This document shows positions 48,711 through 63,937 of a stretch of DNA of 64,000 nucleotides, one piece after another. Source of the DNA: Paraspadella gotoi (Eukaryota > Animalia > Chaetognatha); contig CM119264.1 of assembly GCA_051294375.1 (NCBI GenBank), positions 1,037,923 to 1,101,922 of the forward strand. The letters run 5' to 3'. The notes beneath the pieces are model-generated. The model saw only the letters and a list, made by a program, of their open reading frames with translations, made no database searches and was not told the DNA's origin. Position 1 is the first letter of the stretch. The number at the start of each line of letters is the position of its first letter. The position numbers were made by a program, and so were the translations under genes.

Positions 48711-50170
48711 TTCTGAGACCAAAAAAGACCTCGATTCTTTTGGCGCCAAAAATCGGAACCTGTTTTTTTTTTTTTTTTTTTTTGAATCAGAAAATCCATC
48801 AGAAGTGGGAGAAAGGCAGGAAGAGAAGAGAAGAGAAGAGAAGAGAAGAGAAGAGAAGAGAAGAGAAGAGAAAAGAGGAAAAGAGAAGAGAAGAGAAGAG
48901 GAGAGAAGAAAAGAGAATAAAAAAGAAAAGAAAAGAAAAGAAGTTAAAAGAAAAAAAGAGAAGAAAACAAGTAAACGTAAATAAAAATAGAGTAAAATAA
49001 AATACTTAAAATACTTAAGAGAATGGTCCTTTGAAATATTATACCAATTCATTGATAGGGAAGCCATGTACTCTTGGAGTTAATAAACGAGACTGTGAAA
49101 GAGTCTTGATTAAAAACTTCCAGGAACATGCTATGTTATTATCTTGTAAGAGTGATGGAGGCCTTCAACCACGAAGGCAAGATAGCTTATTTATTAAATG
49201 AATGCATAATTTTATATTGGTTATACCTTAAAATGAAAGTCAGACGATGAAGAGAAAGAAATGAGAGCTTTGAAGGGACAGTAATTATTGTTATGAGTTA
49301 ATAGCAGAACCGTTCAATATAAGCAGTCGCTGAGCTTCGAATCAGGCGGTAACACCGTGTTACAGGCGGGTTAAGCGCCCCGTCCCTCTTAACTGTTCAA
49401 CCGACCTTTTGGTTGGGAGGCGATTGACTTGGCACCTGTACCAATAGCCGCTGGTGAACGGTTAGTGGATATAATTCCACTTTAGCTATTTTGTTTTATT
49501 GACGTTGAATAACTAACGAAACAAGGGTGGAGAAAAATGTGAAGATTAAAACATAAACTGATAGGCCCAATAATATTGCATTAATACTACAATCACTTTT
49601 TGCATTTTCGATTGTTTTTGTCTGTCAGTCTTAATCGGTGGTGTTTGTTTTATTTATTTTGTTTTTTTTTTATTTATTTTGTTTTGTTTTTTTAAATAGA
49701 CCGTTAGCGCAGAAATACGTAGAAAGAAATAGCAAAACTCGTTATTTCTTTTATTTTTTAATGAGAGAGAAAGAAGCAGCAATTCTACCTTTTGATTTTT
49801 TAAAGAATTTCTATAAAGACCTGAGACGAAATTTTAGATGCAGTGTAAACAAATCATTGGTTCCCGCCATTTGGACGTGTGAATCGTGATGCTTCATATT
49901 AAGCTATTTATGGTCTTAATTATTTTGAAATTTGAAATACTAGTAAACTTTAATAAAAGATAAATTTAATGAAAGATATAGAATTGAGTTAGTCGAAAAT
50001 ATCCAGGTTTGTTATTTCGTAATTACTCTCAAAAATTATGCATGAAAGGATCTGAAATTTTAAATTATATTTAAAAAAAATGTGTCCTACAAATTGTACG
50101 ACTATTATTCTTCACTTTGGCACTTTTTTTGGTAGTTGTCATCTCTCATCTGTCATCTGTCATCTCACCT

Positions 50171-50278
<108 letters not shown>

Positions 50279-53200
50279 CGACGCATGTCGGTACAGACGC
50301 CTGGAAAGAGCGACGAAATTATTCAGCCATTTTCAAATTTAAATACAAAAGTAAAAAAACTTCTTTCTCTCAACTCGTGTTTCTGTCAAACTTGATTTAT
50401 TAAACACCAACGTCTTTACTAATTCAAATTGTCACTTGAAATTATTATTTTCGTGATTTAATAAAAGATGAACATTTCTGGGGATTAAATGATTTTTCGA
50501 ATAGAATTCCTTTTTTTTTTCAATAATTCAATAATAAAAGTTTAATTACTAAGTCCAAAGTTCAAAATTGTAATATGATGCTAGAGAGAGAGAGAGATAA
50601 AGAGAGAGAGAGAAAAAATAAAGAGAGTAAGAGAGAGAGATATAGAGAGGGAGCAAAGTGCTTAAGGTAGAAATCTACTATGAATTTAAATTCAATCGGG
50701 GCGGGGGTTCAAAACCAGAGATGCAGACGCGATCCGGGAGGCGGGGTAATGTGAAGTAACGGCCGAGCGAATTTTTTGAGGTTGGCGAATTCTGGACAGA
50801 AGTAAAAAATTGGGCAGAAGGGAGCGAATGCGGAGCCGAAAAAAACGTTGCGCGTTCGCCTCTTGTCTTTTTGTTTTTATAGGTAAAATAAAAAGGTTTT
50901 TGTCCAAATTAAAACATTTCTATTGTTCAAAATATTGTTCTTTTTTTGTCAATTTAGATATTGCTAAAATTCTGAAAGCGTTATTCAGTCTGCCATTGGT
51001 TTTTATATTAATATATTTTTTCAAAAAGAAAATATTTCTAGTTCTGTTTAATATTTTTATCTAATAAGTTGTACATAAGCATATATTTTATATTTTTTTC
51101 TTTTTTAATACATTCATTTACTCATTATTTTTTTTTTTATTACAAAAGATAATTAATTAGTTAATTTATTCCATGAATATTTAATTAAATCATTTATTCT
51201 TAATTCTATTCTATTTATTTATTAACTTTATTCATTTTATTAATCAAATAATTTTTTTATCTGTCATCATTTTTAAACTTGTACTTTTTTTATTTGCATT
51301 ATATTTATTTAACTGGCATCATTTTTTCAACTGGCATTCTTTTTTTAACATGCATTATTTTTTTATATATTATATTACTTGAATCATTTTTTTAATTTGC
51401 ATTATTTTTTTAACCTATTATTATTTTTGAATTGCATATTATTTTTTTAATTTTGTATATATTTCAATTTGTATCGTTTTTACTTTGAATCATGTTTCAT
51501 CTTGAATCATTTTTTTAAACTTGTATCATTTAAACTAGCTTCATTTTTAAACTTGCATATTTTTTAAATTTTTTATCATTTTTAACTTGCATTATTTTTA
51601 ATTCATTAATTTTAATTCGCATTATTTTTTAATTTGCATTATTTTTAACACTTGCATAATTTTTTTAACTTCCATCATTTATTAATTTGTATATATTTTT
51701 ATTTGCATTGTTTTTTAACTTGCATCATTTTTAAATTGCATCATTTTTTTAGCTTGCCTCATTTTTTTTAACTTGCCTCATTTTTTAACTTGTATTATTT
51801 TTTATTTTTTAGTAATTTTTAATTTATATACTTTTAACTTATACAGTTTTAATTTTTATATTAAATTTATATTATCAATTTATTTATAAAAAACAATTCC
51901 TAAAATTGGTACAACAATTATACAATTATCCATTCATTTAATAAAATAAGTATTCTTGCTCTGACTTTGGTATTTTAATTTAAAAAATAGTATATATATT
52001 AAAATATAAATAATATTAAAGCAAAATATATAAAAAAAACAACTTAAAAAACTGAAAAAAAACAAATTTTCAAAAAATGAATGTGAATTATTGCTAGATT
52101 TGAAAAAAAATATATTCAAAAAGAGAGAGAGAGAAGGAAGCAGTGTGGACAGAGAGAGCGCGCAAATAGAGAGTGCAAAAGAGAGAGCAAGACAGAGAGA
52201 AAGATAGCCAGAGAGAGATGACCCAAGAGAGAGAGAAACCAGAGAGAGAGAGTAAGAGAGATATAAATATAAAGAGAAGAAGAAAAAGAAGAGAAAGAGG
52301 TATGGCTGAAGAAAAGGCAGAAAAAAGGAAAGAAAGGAAAAGAAGAAGTTGGAAGTGAGAGAGTAGTTATTTTAATTAAAATAAATTAAATTAATATGAA
52401 AAGACAAAATGGCTAATATACTTGTCAAGTTTTTTTTTAGTATATTTTAATATTATTTAGCATTTGTAGAAGCTGCAGATTTTGGCAATCTAAGTGCTTT
52501 GCCTGAAAACAAAATGAATTATGTAATTAGAGAATAAGGGCACAGGGAAAATGGAGAGGAAGAAGGCGAAAGAAGGTAAAGGGAACAAGAAAAAGATAGA
52601 CAGACAAACCAATAAAAAGACTGACCAATAGAATTAAATTAAAGATTTAATAGTTTTAATAATAATAATCAGCAGTGCAAACCAAAATCATTCTATGATA
52701 TGAATTTTTAAATCTTTTTTTCTTTATTTTTTGTCTGTTTTATTTTATTTATTTATTTTTCTTTTGCTTTTTAAGAAAAGTTTTTTAGCTGGATCTGCTT
52801 AGAGCAAGATCTTGGCTTTATGATTAACTTTTTGGTCCATCGATCCCACCCCAAAATCTTGTCGATAATCATCATATCCAAACATCGAATGATAAAGTTA
52901 TACTATAAAAATGAAAAACAGAGTAATGAAAATTGTACAGATTTTTTGAAAGAAAGAAGGAGAGTGGGAAAGAGAGCAAAAGAGAAAAAAAGAAAGAGTG
53001 AGAGAAAGGTTTTCCAACCAAGCATTGTTTTTGTAGTTATTTGTTGAAAAAAAAATTAAATTAGGTTTATTTTTAAATCTAACAATAGTATGTTATATTT
53101 CTATAGTTTTTATTATAATAGAAATGAATAAGTTTTTCATATACTAATTACCAAATTGCTTCCATTTTTTACAATATAATTTAGTTATTTTTATTAATAA

Positions 53201-55153
53201 CTTGAGAACAAATATTCAAATTAAAAGCTTTCTTTTAGTAGATAATGATTTATATAGAGAAAGTTTAAATTTAAAAAGAATGACAAAGTCGTTGATAATT
53301 TCTCATTATTTTGTATAAAAAATTATAAAAAACTTTAAATTCAATTAAAAAAACTTGCTTGAATCATAATTTTTGACTTTACTACGATGTAGTAAAAACA
53401 TATTTTTAATTTTTTTGTATTTCAAAAATGAGTTATTTTTATTTTCTTTGTGGGGTGTCTAGAGGTACGTATAGAAGTGAGGACATATTTTTTTCCTCCA
53501 TTCTCAATTTATGTCTTGGTGAATATTTATTTATAAATATTGCTTACTACAAAAAATTTATAATTCAATTTTTAATATAATAAATATTTCATAGTACATG
53601 TGTTTTTCTTTACTTTTAGAATTTTTATTAAAAGTTAAATATAAAATTTTTACTATTTTTTTTAAGGACAGAAGAGTTAAGAGTGAATAAAAAGAAATGA
53701 AATAAAGTCATATTAGTATAAATCTTGTCCTTATTCTCAGCTGTCCTTATTCTCAATATATTCTTTTCCTAAATATTTTTTGAAGCTTTATCCTTTTCTC
53801 TCTCTATTTTTTTTTCTCTTTCATTCTATCTCTCTCTCTCTCTCTCTCTTTCTCAAAATGTCTTGCAAAATTGTTTAAAATATTTTTTTCATTGACCCCA
53901 TTGATCTGATATTAAAAATAATATCAAATACAAACTATACAAAAATTTTTTAACAAAAAGCCGGAGGCGTAAAGAGGCGAACGCGGAGGCGATCCGGGGC
54001 TAAAAAAAATGAGAGCGTGAACGCAAAACCAGGCGAGGGTGGGTCTCGGGAGCTGGGGAGTGGAGGCGGGCGAAATTTAGCGCCCCTTCCAGCTCCCTGT
54101 TCAACAAAAACTTTAGTCTTGAAGTCTACTTTCAGGTAAAAAAAGAATTTTTTTAAAAAAATTGATTTTAATGATTATATTGTTGCTATCAAAATTACAA
54201 TATTACTATATAATAATAAAATTTTATTTTAATCAATCTTAACTTTTTTTGATGGATTTTATATAAAAATTTAAATAAAAAATATAACTACAACTTTCAA
54301 AAATTTTTATGTTTTCTTGGTGAAAATTAAAAAAAAAGTAATAAAATTATCGAAAGATGATGATGATGATGATTATAAATCGTTTTTCATATTTTTCACC
54401 CACTTATGATCAAAATATTTAAAAAAGAATTATACTTTGCTACAAGCTACCTGAATCTTATCTTAAAAATAAAAAAAAACCTAAAAAAATTTTTAGCCTT
54501 TCCTATTTATAAATAAATATTAAAAAATTAATATATGGAGTATGGAGTAATATTAAATTTTTTTGTCTATTCAATTTTTTAAAAAATGTCTAAATTTTTG
54601 TTTGAGCAGGTGCTTAATTCAAATTTCTTAACCACCTGACTGAGTTAGGCTCTCCCTACTTAAGGAAACATGAAGACAGACATTAAACATAATGACTTGG
54701 CGGCATTGAACATTAGATAATATACATTGAAGACTAAACCTTGGCTTAAACAATTTTAGTCTAAATTTTCTAATTTTTTTCCCAAATCTGGAAAGCAGCT
54801 GCAATAAAAAAAAATCTCTGTTCTTTTTTCCAAACCGAATAGAATAAAAAAAGAATTGGTAGAATGTTGTGCGGAATCTAAAGAGGCCAATAAAAATTGG
54901 GCGCGCCTTTACAAAAGTAAAAGAGGCCAATAAAAATTGGGCACGCCTTTACAAAAGTAAAAAAGGCCAATAAAAATCGGGCGCACCTTTGCAGAAGTTT
55001 GGAATCGCGAGTATGACAAATGGAACTAAAAGCAGAAAATTCTTTATTGCGAATTTCGTTGAAAATGATTATTCCTTTTTAGGATTTTTTTTTTCGGGTC
55101 AAATTGCAACGAAACATGAATGGGTCATTGTGATGTTGATTGGAAAAAATCAT

Positions 55154-55250
<97 letters not shown>

Positions 55251-55694
55251 CTCTCTCCTTTTATCTCCCTCTCATTCCATTCGGCTCGTCCGTGACAATC
55301 TGCTCTCCTCTCTAACGACTTTCCAGGCCGACGACGACGATAATGACGACGACAACGATGACGACGACGACAACGATAACGACGACGACAACGACGACGA
55401 TAACGATGACGACGATGATAACGATGACGACAAGTAAGAGGTTATAGAAACCTTTTCTCGCTTAATTAAGGAAAAACGATTTTTTTTCTTCCGAATGAAA
55501 ATTAAAACATTATTTTTTTCTTTTTGACAAGAAAAAAAAATAAAGAAAAAAAAAGAAAGCAAGAAAAAGAATGAAAAAGAAAGAAAAAAAGAAAGAGATA
55601 TGGACCAAAATATTTTTTTTTTCGTTTTTTTTTGTCTCAATTCAAAAAAAGATAAAAATTGTTCTTCTGTTTGAGAGATGTTTTAGATTCTTTA

Positions 55695-55739
<45 letters not shown>

Positions 55740-55884
55740 TTTTGTGCCTCAGAAAAATAGTGGAGATTTGGTTTTCCGTCCTTAAAGTTGAGGTCTCTTT
55801 CGTCGCATCTCTCCGCGTCGATCGCAGATCTCTCGAAATCTCGTCTTTTTCTTTCTTTCCTCTCTAACCTCTCGAGGATCAAAT

Positions 55885-55909
55885 NNNNNNNNNNNNNNNN
55901 NNNNNNNNN
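55885..55909. other. Assembly gap (25 N)
   Basis: Run of N. Confidence 1.
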
Positions 55910-55951
55910 TGACTTCTTGAGATTCTGCCGATTCATTGAAATCAAAAGAAG

Positions 55952-56017
<66 letters not shown>

Positions 56018-56029
56018 AGAGAGAGATAG

Positions 56030-59000
56030 TGTCAGAATACTCTGTGCAACCCAAAGAAATCTCGGCCCAGTGTTTTAGAAATGACCATTTTCTTTCTTGT
56101 AAAATGTAAACAATTGTACTTCGTCGATTCTGTCGCGAAATCTTGGTAGTTTTAGCCGTGGCTCCGAAGGAACGTTTCCCTTTAAATATTATTTTGTATT
56201 TGTTTACCTTATATATATTACAATAGATATTACAAACCCTGTGTTTTATATAGGCCAAGAGAATTCGTCAGAAAACTATCTCGTAGCTAGAGTATAGTGA
56301 CATGTGGCATCGGCTTTGTTCGGTCCCCACGTTTCTGTGCGCTACCGTACTTAAGTGGGGTGGGTGTGTGATATTTATATGTATATTTAAGTGATAATTA
56401 TAAGTATTAAGTGGGTATCCCCGGGTAAAGTCCCACATCTGCGCGTGTAGATGTTAAACTCGACCCTTCGCTTCACGTGAAGCGACGTCGACGTAGACGT
56501 TAATCCGTATGAAAAAAATAAATTGGTTAGAGGATAAACCTGGTTTCCCCTGCATATCGACGAGAGTGCGCTATAAAAATTTTCTCTCGTCGCTATATAT
56601 GACGTTTGTCGAATGTAGGGCAGAAATATTTTTTTAAAATAAATATTGACCTTTCAATTTTTTATTATTTTTTTTTACACGTTTCCGGAGGGTCCGAAGG
56701 CCTCCAATATTTTAAACGGACTGTCTAATTTTACTAACGTTGTCGCTCTCCGTCACTTTGAGAATAATTCTTTTGTCGCCTGGAGATTTTGAAAGCTTGC
56801 GAATTTCGGCATTTTCTTCTTGCCGGCGATAGCAATGATTTTGGATTATTTGGATTCAACTCGATTTGTGGACGGTGTTCGCGGCGAACGTCTCTCTATT
56901 TTGTTATACGCTCGAGATTTTGCCTCCGTTTGCCGACGAAATAATGATTTCCTTTATTTTTTTTCCTAGACTCTCTCTCTCACGATACGTCGCCTCCGCT
57001 TTTCGAAGAATTCCAACCCGTATTTTACGAGTGAGTTCTCTCTTGCCGGAGCCTCGACGTCAAAACCTTCTTTTGAACGCGAACGACCGCGCGACGGCCG
57101 GAAATTCTGAAACTAACGCCTTTTCACGCTTAGTTTTTCTTTGCCGGAGCTTCATAGCGGCGATTTCTCGTTTAAACGTGGGTGGAAGAGCGTTTCAATG
57201 GATTGATTATTTTAAGGATCTAAAAGTTTGAACTTTCAGTTAAAACAAAGGCGAAAATGGTACGTCTCGATCGATGGAAGCATTTTATTTTTCGTTGGAA
57301 GTCATTTGACATTCGCGGTTTCATAATGATACGAATTCACTGTCTTATGGAATCTGTCTCTCTACGGTTGATGAGAAGATATCGACGCCTGTTTCAATCC
57401 TGCGACCTTCATCATCGAACCAATTTTCCCACGGATCTGATATTTAAACTATTTCATTAGTCGAAATTTCGTTGAACGACCGTTTAAACTGTCTTTCTCT
57501 GCGAAACTGAATCTAAACTAAAAGTAAATAAACAAATCTTTTCTAAATGAAATTCCGTACACGTTCGTTTGAACTAATTTTCGACGCTTAACGCAACTCA
57601 ATGAATTCCGATGCACGCATCGAGCGTTCGGTCTATCGACGACGTCATTCTTGCTTGATATTCCGATGGATGCATCGACGGTAGAAATCGAAAAAATAAA
57701 CAACTCACGACTTTCCGATGCATCGACGATGCCTTTATTGCTTGTTGACAATTACCGTTAAAATTTAACGTGATTCTATGAAAAGAAGCTCACGCTTTTC
57801 AAGTTTAAGAGACAAATTAAGTAACATAAATTCGATCTCTGCAAGATGCTCAGACTCCTTTTTTTTCACGAGAACGGGGTATGAGATGGAATGGAATCTT
57901 TTGGAAGACAACGACAACGATAACGATCGTCTCAATTTTGAATTTATATTTGGGAGACAAGAAAATGAAAAAAAGGAAAGAAACTAAAATAAACTTTTCG
58001 TCTTCCTCTCAGTTCTCAGTTCTCAGTTCTCAATCCTCATTAATTATCACTCCTCAAATTCAGCAAAATAAAAACAAAGAAAGTTTGTCGTCTTCACGCA
58101 CAACATTGACTCATAAATCTCAAATTGGAAAGGTCTCCACAAAATTCTCACTCCCTCAATTCCTCACAAGGCTCTCACTCTCACCCAATCGTGTTCTCAC
58201 GAGTTCTTCACCTTGGTCGCACTTCCTCCTATACTATGCCTTGGTACGCGACGTCAACCGAACCGGCCGACAAAGATCCGCCAGCTTCGCCGACTACGAC
58301 GATTCGGTTCCCAGGCTCTCAAAGGAAAGCAACAGCGGCAGCAAGGATCGACTTTACAGTGCAAGAATCACGAGCAGCAGAAGCAGCGTCGGTGACAGCG
58401 GCCGACGAGCGGTGGTCAATGAAAAAATTGCATCGTTCTTTCTGGATCGAAAGCAGCAGCAGCTGCGATCGGAGGATCAGCTGGAAGATGAGATGACGAC
58501 GACTCCTTTCCGTCTTTCGGAGTTTTGGTCAACCTCTGCTCGCCAATCGTGAGAATGCGGCGAGCGCGGCGGAAGCGCGGCGGCGACAACCCCTTTCCCT
58601 GAGAACAGGTGCAGCGGAACTGGAACGATTTTATGAACTTTAAAGTTAAATGACTTTAAAAGAATCGATGACATGTCATTAAAATGCGAATCATATCATA
58701 AAGATATGTCACTAGTAGGGCTGTTTTAAAAACGCGCAACTTTTATAGATTTATTTATTTTTTTTTAAATTTGGCACCGGTATTGTAAGGTGAACGTATG
58801 TAAGTGATGTTACATTTGGAAGGATATAATATTGTAATAGGTAATAGCAATATGGCCTAGAAAGAATGATAGTTTTGAGTTAGACAATTTTGACAAATTA
58901 TTTAAGCTAAGCTTTACCAGTTGTGAGTAAGGTTTAGAACATGCGATTTTAACATTATTATATTTTAAAATCATTTTATATATAATTAATTTATTCTATA

Positions 59001-62000
59001 GTAATAAATGTGGTTAACTTATAATTAGTTAATTTTGTAACTAGTTTGTTAGAAATAAAAAAAAATGTTTTGGAAAATATTTTATAATATCTTTGGGATA
59101 TTGTTTAAAAATAAAAATAATTTTTGAACTATGTAATTATATATTAGTATATAATTATATAAAGATTTTAATCTTGACAAGATTACTTGTTTATTATACT
59201 ATCTATAAGTTTATTACTGGTCTTTAAGAGTAAATGTTAAATATAAATTTTAATCTATATTCTTGTATATTGGAGTTAATTATATGATATATAAAAAGTA
59301 AATTCTTTATTCTATAAATATAAATTTTTTTTTGAAAAGATCAAATCTTCATTACCTATGCTTTGATTAATATTTTAATGCGTTGGTGTTTAATATTAAA
59401 AGAAATAATGGTAATATTAATTAGTATATTATGGACAGTTGAATTATACATTCAGAAGAAGTGATCATATTTTGATCCGCCTTAATGAATACAGGGTGAA
59501 ATTATAAAAACGGTTAGTGAATAAAATGTGTTTTATTCGAATTCTTATATAAAATTTTTTATGTAATATAGTATATTAATGTAGTGTTATGGTTTAGAAA
59601 AATGTCAAAGATAAACGTTAATGTAAGTGTCTTTTTCTTTGTAAAGAAATCTTTATTAAGGGTAAACTGGCATCATTCATTTTGCCAAGAATTTTATTGA
59701 ATTCATTCAACTTATTTGGATGAACTCTTTCTGTTTTTCATTAAGTGATTGGTTATAAGTAGGTGATTCTATCATACTTTTTTTAAAGTTGTTAGAAGAT
59801 AGTTTTTATATTCTAAATTTAAGATAAAATGTGATTTTGGAAGAAGGGTGAAAGGTGAAGGTTTAACTATATAAACTAAAAACAATTATATCTTAAAATT
59901 TTAATTATTTAAACTGTTAAATTAAAATAAGATAGGGCAACTAATTTAGAGTGTAACCTTGTATATGCATAGTTGTTCTGTTACATTAAACATCTCATGC
60001 TTAACTATGTATGATAAATAACTTTAATATGTTAAGTATGTAAATGAATAATTTTAGTATTAAAATATACTAATAAATGATAAAATGTTAGACATATCCT
60101 AATCCAATATGTGATATATACATAGGATTATACTATGAATTGGGTACAACCAATATGACATCATAATTCACTTTGCGAATTTTACTAACACAAGTAGATG
60201 CAACCTGTTGTTTCTAAAACTCTCTTTTCAAAGTCGGAATTTGCGTGATCTTATACCACCCACGGACATAATTAGTTTAAAGTCATTGTTGGGAAAAATT
60301 GTGTAAAATTAACAATAGATAATATATAATAATAGGACTGGGGTACTTCATGCCCCTATTGAAGGTGATGATTGTTTTATTCACGGATGCTCAGAAAGAA
60401 AGCTCTGTCTGATGAAAAGAGAATGAACTTGTTACAGCACTTTCTAAGATTATTGATATACCAGTCCGTTTTATTCCTTCGTTTTTGAATGCTGTGGATC
60501 AGCTAACAAGGTAGTTGCCCAGAGATGAGGTGCTTAGCGATGCACCCACTGCTGGGAATGTTTTTGTAACCTAGTCATATATAATCTCATGGTGGTATTG
60601 TTCCACTTTCAAGTCTTTTCTCTAGTAAACAAGAGGAAAGTCATGAATAGGTACTTTGAGGCGGGTAAAAAGGGCCCTTGGCAAAAACTTAAGAAGTAGA
60701 TATAAGTTTGGAAAATTCAGAATCTATTTTGGGGGTGTCTACGGCTGAGGCTACCACTGGGCGAGTGTCCAGGGCGGACCAACCCTCTGGTTGTATGCCG
60801 AATCTAACCTACCCGGTGGTGATGTTAAAATCGGGCGTCTAGCTAGACGTAAAACTCGACTCAAATGAAAGGTCCCAATATACGCTCAAAATGCGTCTCC
60901 TGTACCTGTGTGTTATATGACCGCACAGGTGATTCTCACTGCACTTGCTGTTGTGATTTACTGCATTTGCATCTTATAAAAATCCTCCCAATCAAATTTC
61001 TTCTAATGCGCATGATGATAAAGAAAAAGCGCTCATTTCGTCTTCTGAGGAGATCCTCAGCGGGACAAAGGTTTTAGAGATTACAGATGAATATAAGGAT
61101 ATCCAGTTGCCTGAACGCCGGACCCGTTTCTTACAAGATAAAAGTGTTACAAGCAGAATCCCCTTCCATTGTTAAGTGGAAGTTATGGATCGCTGATCCG
61201 TCTACTACGCCAGACAAGAATGATGTCTGTTACTAGATTCGTTAAACTTACTGTGCTAAGGCATATTTCTCTATTTAAGATGAATGAACAAGGTATAATT
61301 ACAGAATTTTTGTGAGAGAAAGGTATTCTCCACATTTTCTGGAACGAACAAGATATTATTTACAGAATTTTTGTGAGAGAAAGGAATTCTCCACATTTCT
61401 GGTTCTGATTGACAAAGACTTCCTGTTTGAAGTCATCTGGGAGAACATGATATGGACACTGTTCGACCCAGACTACGTTTAAATTGATTGCTCTGAAGTA
61501 TTACACACCAGGGATGAATAGACTGGTTAAGGAAAAGATTAAAACTTGCCATTTCTACCGTATGCAAGGGAAACTTGGTTTCGTCATGGTTGGGAGTGAC
61601 GATAATGAAATTTTTGTGGGAGGGGTAGTGAGTGATTAATTGGAAAATTAAATTTTCATTTTACTTGAACAATAAGCAACATTTCTTCGTTTTGTTTTCC
61701 TAATGTTTTTCTCTTTAAGGAATCCCACAGTTCCAGGATCCACACTCGCTCAAATCCACACTCGCCGCGAGATAGCGCGCTACAAGCTCACAGAAGTGTG
61801 GGCCACAGGTTTTTGTAAAAGAGGTATAAGCCCTGCGCAGGATTAGAACAATGTACATGTTACGAGTATGTTGACATAGAACTGTCACCTTGTTTGAAAC
61901 TCACGAATTAAAATCGTCTCTCCATTAATACAAAAGGAAACTCTGGATACAGGATCCAGCTATGGTATCACGTATTTTCAATTTTATTAAAAGTTATATG

Positions 62001-63901
62001 GGAGAATATTTTGGATTAAATAAAAACTACAACTCGTAGATTAAATAAATTTTATGGATTACTTTTAATGAAATGTTAAGATGATAAAATATTTGTTTTA
62101 CAAATGTTTTGTGCTTTTCCTGTTATATGCTGCACATCCCTCACGTTGCTTTTCATGTATACTCTTCACGCCTTGCACGCGTTGTTGTTGTCTTGTTCTT
62201 TTGTAAAAGAAAAGAAAATTTTTACAATTTTATCATGAATAAATAAGAAATGCAGTTACTTTTCCAAATTTAATTTTGTTATTCATAATGTTAATACAAT
62301 GTTAAGGAATAATAAATTAAAATGTCAGTTATAGTGATAAAGTAACTGTATTGATGATAATAATTAAATAATGATATTTTTTTTGATGCATTAATTTTTT
62401 GAAAAGAGGGACAGGATGGAGTGTGACATGTTAAAAATTTGAAAAATACTTGAATTGCGTTGTACCAGAATCTGCAATGATTATGAACTTGCAAAATATT
62501 CAGCTCATAGTGAGAGACTGAACACATCTTAATACAGGCGGCGCTGACCTCCTGGTGACCAAAGGTCAAAAGTCAAAGGTTACGAGAAAAGGTCACATTT
62601 AGACGATTGATCAACGTTATTTTAGTGACGGCTAAGTAATAATCATGGGAATGCAAAGTTAATTAATTTAATTATAAGTTTAATTTGTTAGTTGTCTATT
62701 CATTTACAGTAAGAATTAAATTGCATTCCTATCCGTGATGATTCACTCATATTAAAGAACTCTAATCACCGATACGGTTGAAATTGGTGACTTCGCATTA
62801 GAATGTGCGGGACTGATTCGTCACATTATTGTTTCTTAGCAACGACAGTAAAAAGCTAATCAAATATGTCATAATTATTATCAATCACTTATTCTTCTTA
62901 AAAGTTTATTGATAGTATTTTCGATCATTCAATATCAACTACTTATTTTTTATATTTATTTGATATTGTAATTTGATCAATCAATCTCAATCACTTAATT
63001 AATTTTTAAGCTTCAGGAAGCACCATAGATGCCGGTGGTGCCATTGGCGATTCACAACAAGATGAGGATGCGAAACCATGTCGAGGATCCCATAGTTGGG
63101 TAATTGCACACTGATAAAAGAAATATTTTATAAGACTTTTTGCATCAATATGAGTTTGGATAGATTAATAGCAACAGTTTTGAAATTAAATTCGAGTTAT
63201 TAGCCAGCTATTAAGTTGAGTCTAATCATATTTCAGAATCCGTTTCTAAGCTAAACAATGGGTTACGTACGTCCGTCAGAGTTAGGCTGAGGTTGCCAAG
63301 GAAATATGTAAACATTTTTAGTTTTGTTTCACATTTGAGTTGCCAAATATTGGTTTTGATTGATCATTTATTGATATTGCTATTTTACTTGCTTTGCCGG
63401 CTTATTCTGCAGAACTGTTTTTATGACGCGTCTCTTTTTTTTTAGTTTTATAACTATTTAGCACATTTATCCAACTTGTTTTAATCCTAATTATTTAGTG
63501 CATTTATCTTTTTCTCCTGAGCCACGTGTATTGTTTAGTATTTTGTTTTTGCTCCGTCCTCCATTTCTTTTCGTTTTCTTTTGAATAATTAATAGTAACT
63601 TTAATTAATTATATTTTTAGGAGGGCGGTGTCAGAATACTCTGGTGCAACCCAAAGAAATCTCGGCCCAGTGTTTTAGAAATGACCACTTTTCTTTCTTT
63701 GTAAAAATGTAAACAATTGTACTTCGTCGATTCTGTCGGGAAATCTTGGTAGTTTTAGCCGTGGCTCCGAAGGAACGTTTCTCTTTAAATATTATTTTGT
63801 ATTTGTTACCTTATATATATTACAATAGATATTACAAACCCCTGTGTTTTTATAGGCCAAGAGAATTCGTCAGAAACTATCTCGTAGCTAGAGTATAGTA
63901 A
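56030..63901 (+). mobile_element. Ty3/Gypsy-type LTR retrotransposon, internally decayed (non-autonomous)
   Basis: ~273-bp direct repeats 56030-56302 (TGTCA...TGACA) and 63629-63901. PBS-like TGTGGCATCGGC after the 5' LTR; PPT AGGAGGGCGG before the 3' LTR; ATAG 4-bp TSD. RNase H-like remnants (~60340-60510: VLFTDA, VRFIPSFLNAVDQLTR) and an integrase zinc-finger remnant (61451-61570: GHCSTQTTFKLIALKYYTPGMNRLVKEKIKTCH). Confidence 0.85.
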
Positions 63902-63903
63902 AT

Positions 63904-63937
<34 letters not shown>

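Noticed and set aside
57881-58552. 223-aa ORF as gag or a host gene
   Set aside because: No recognisable gag, zinc-knuckle or other domain; low-complexity Ser/Arg composition with overlapping ORFs in other frames.
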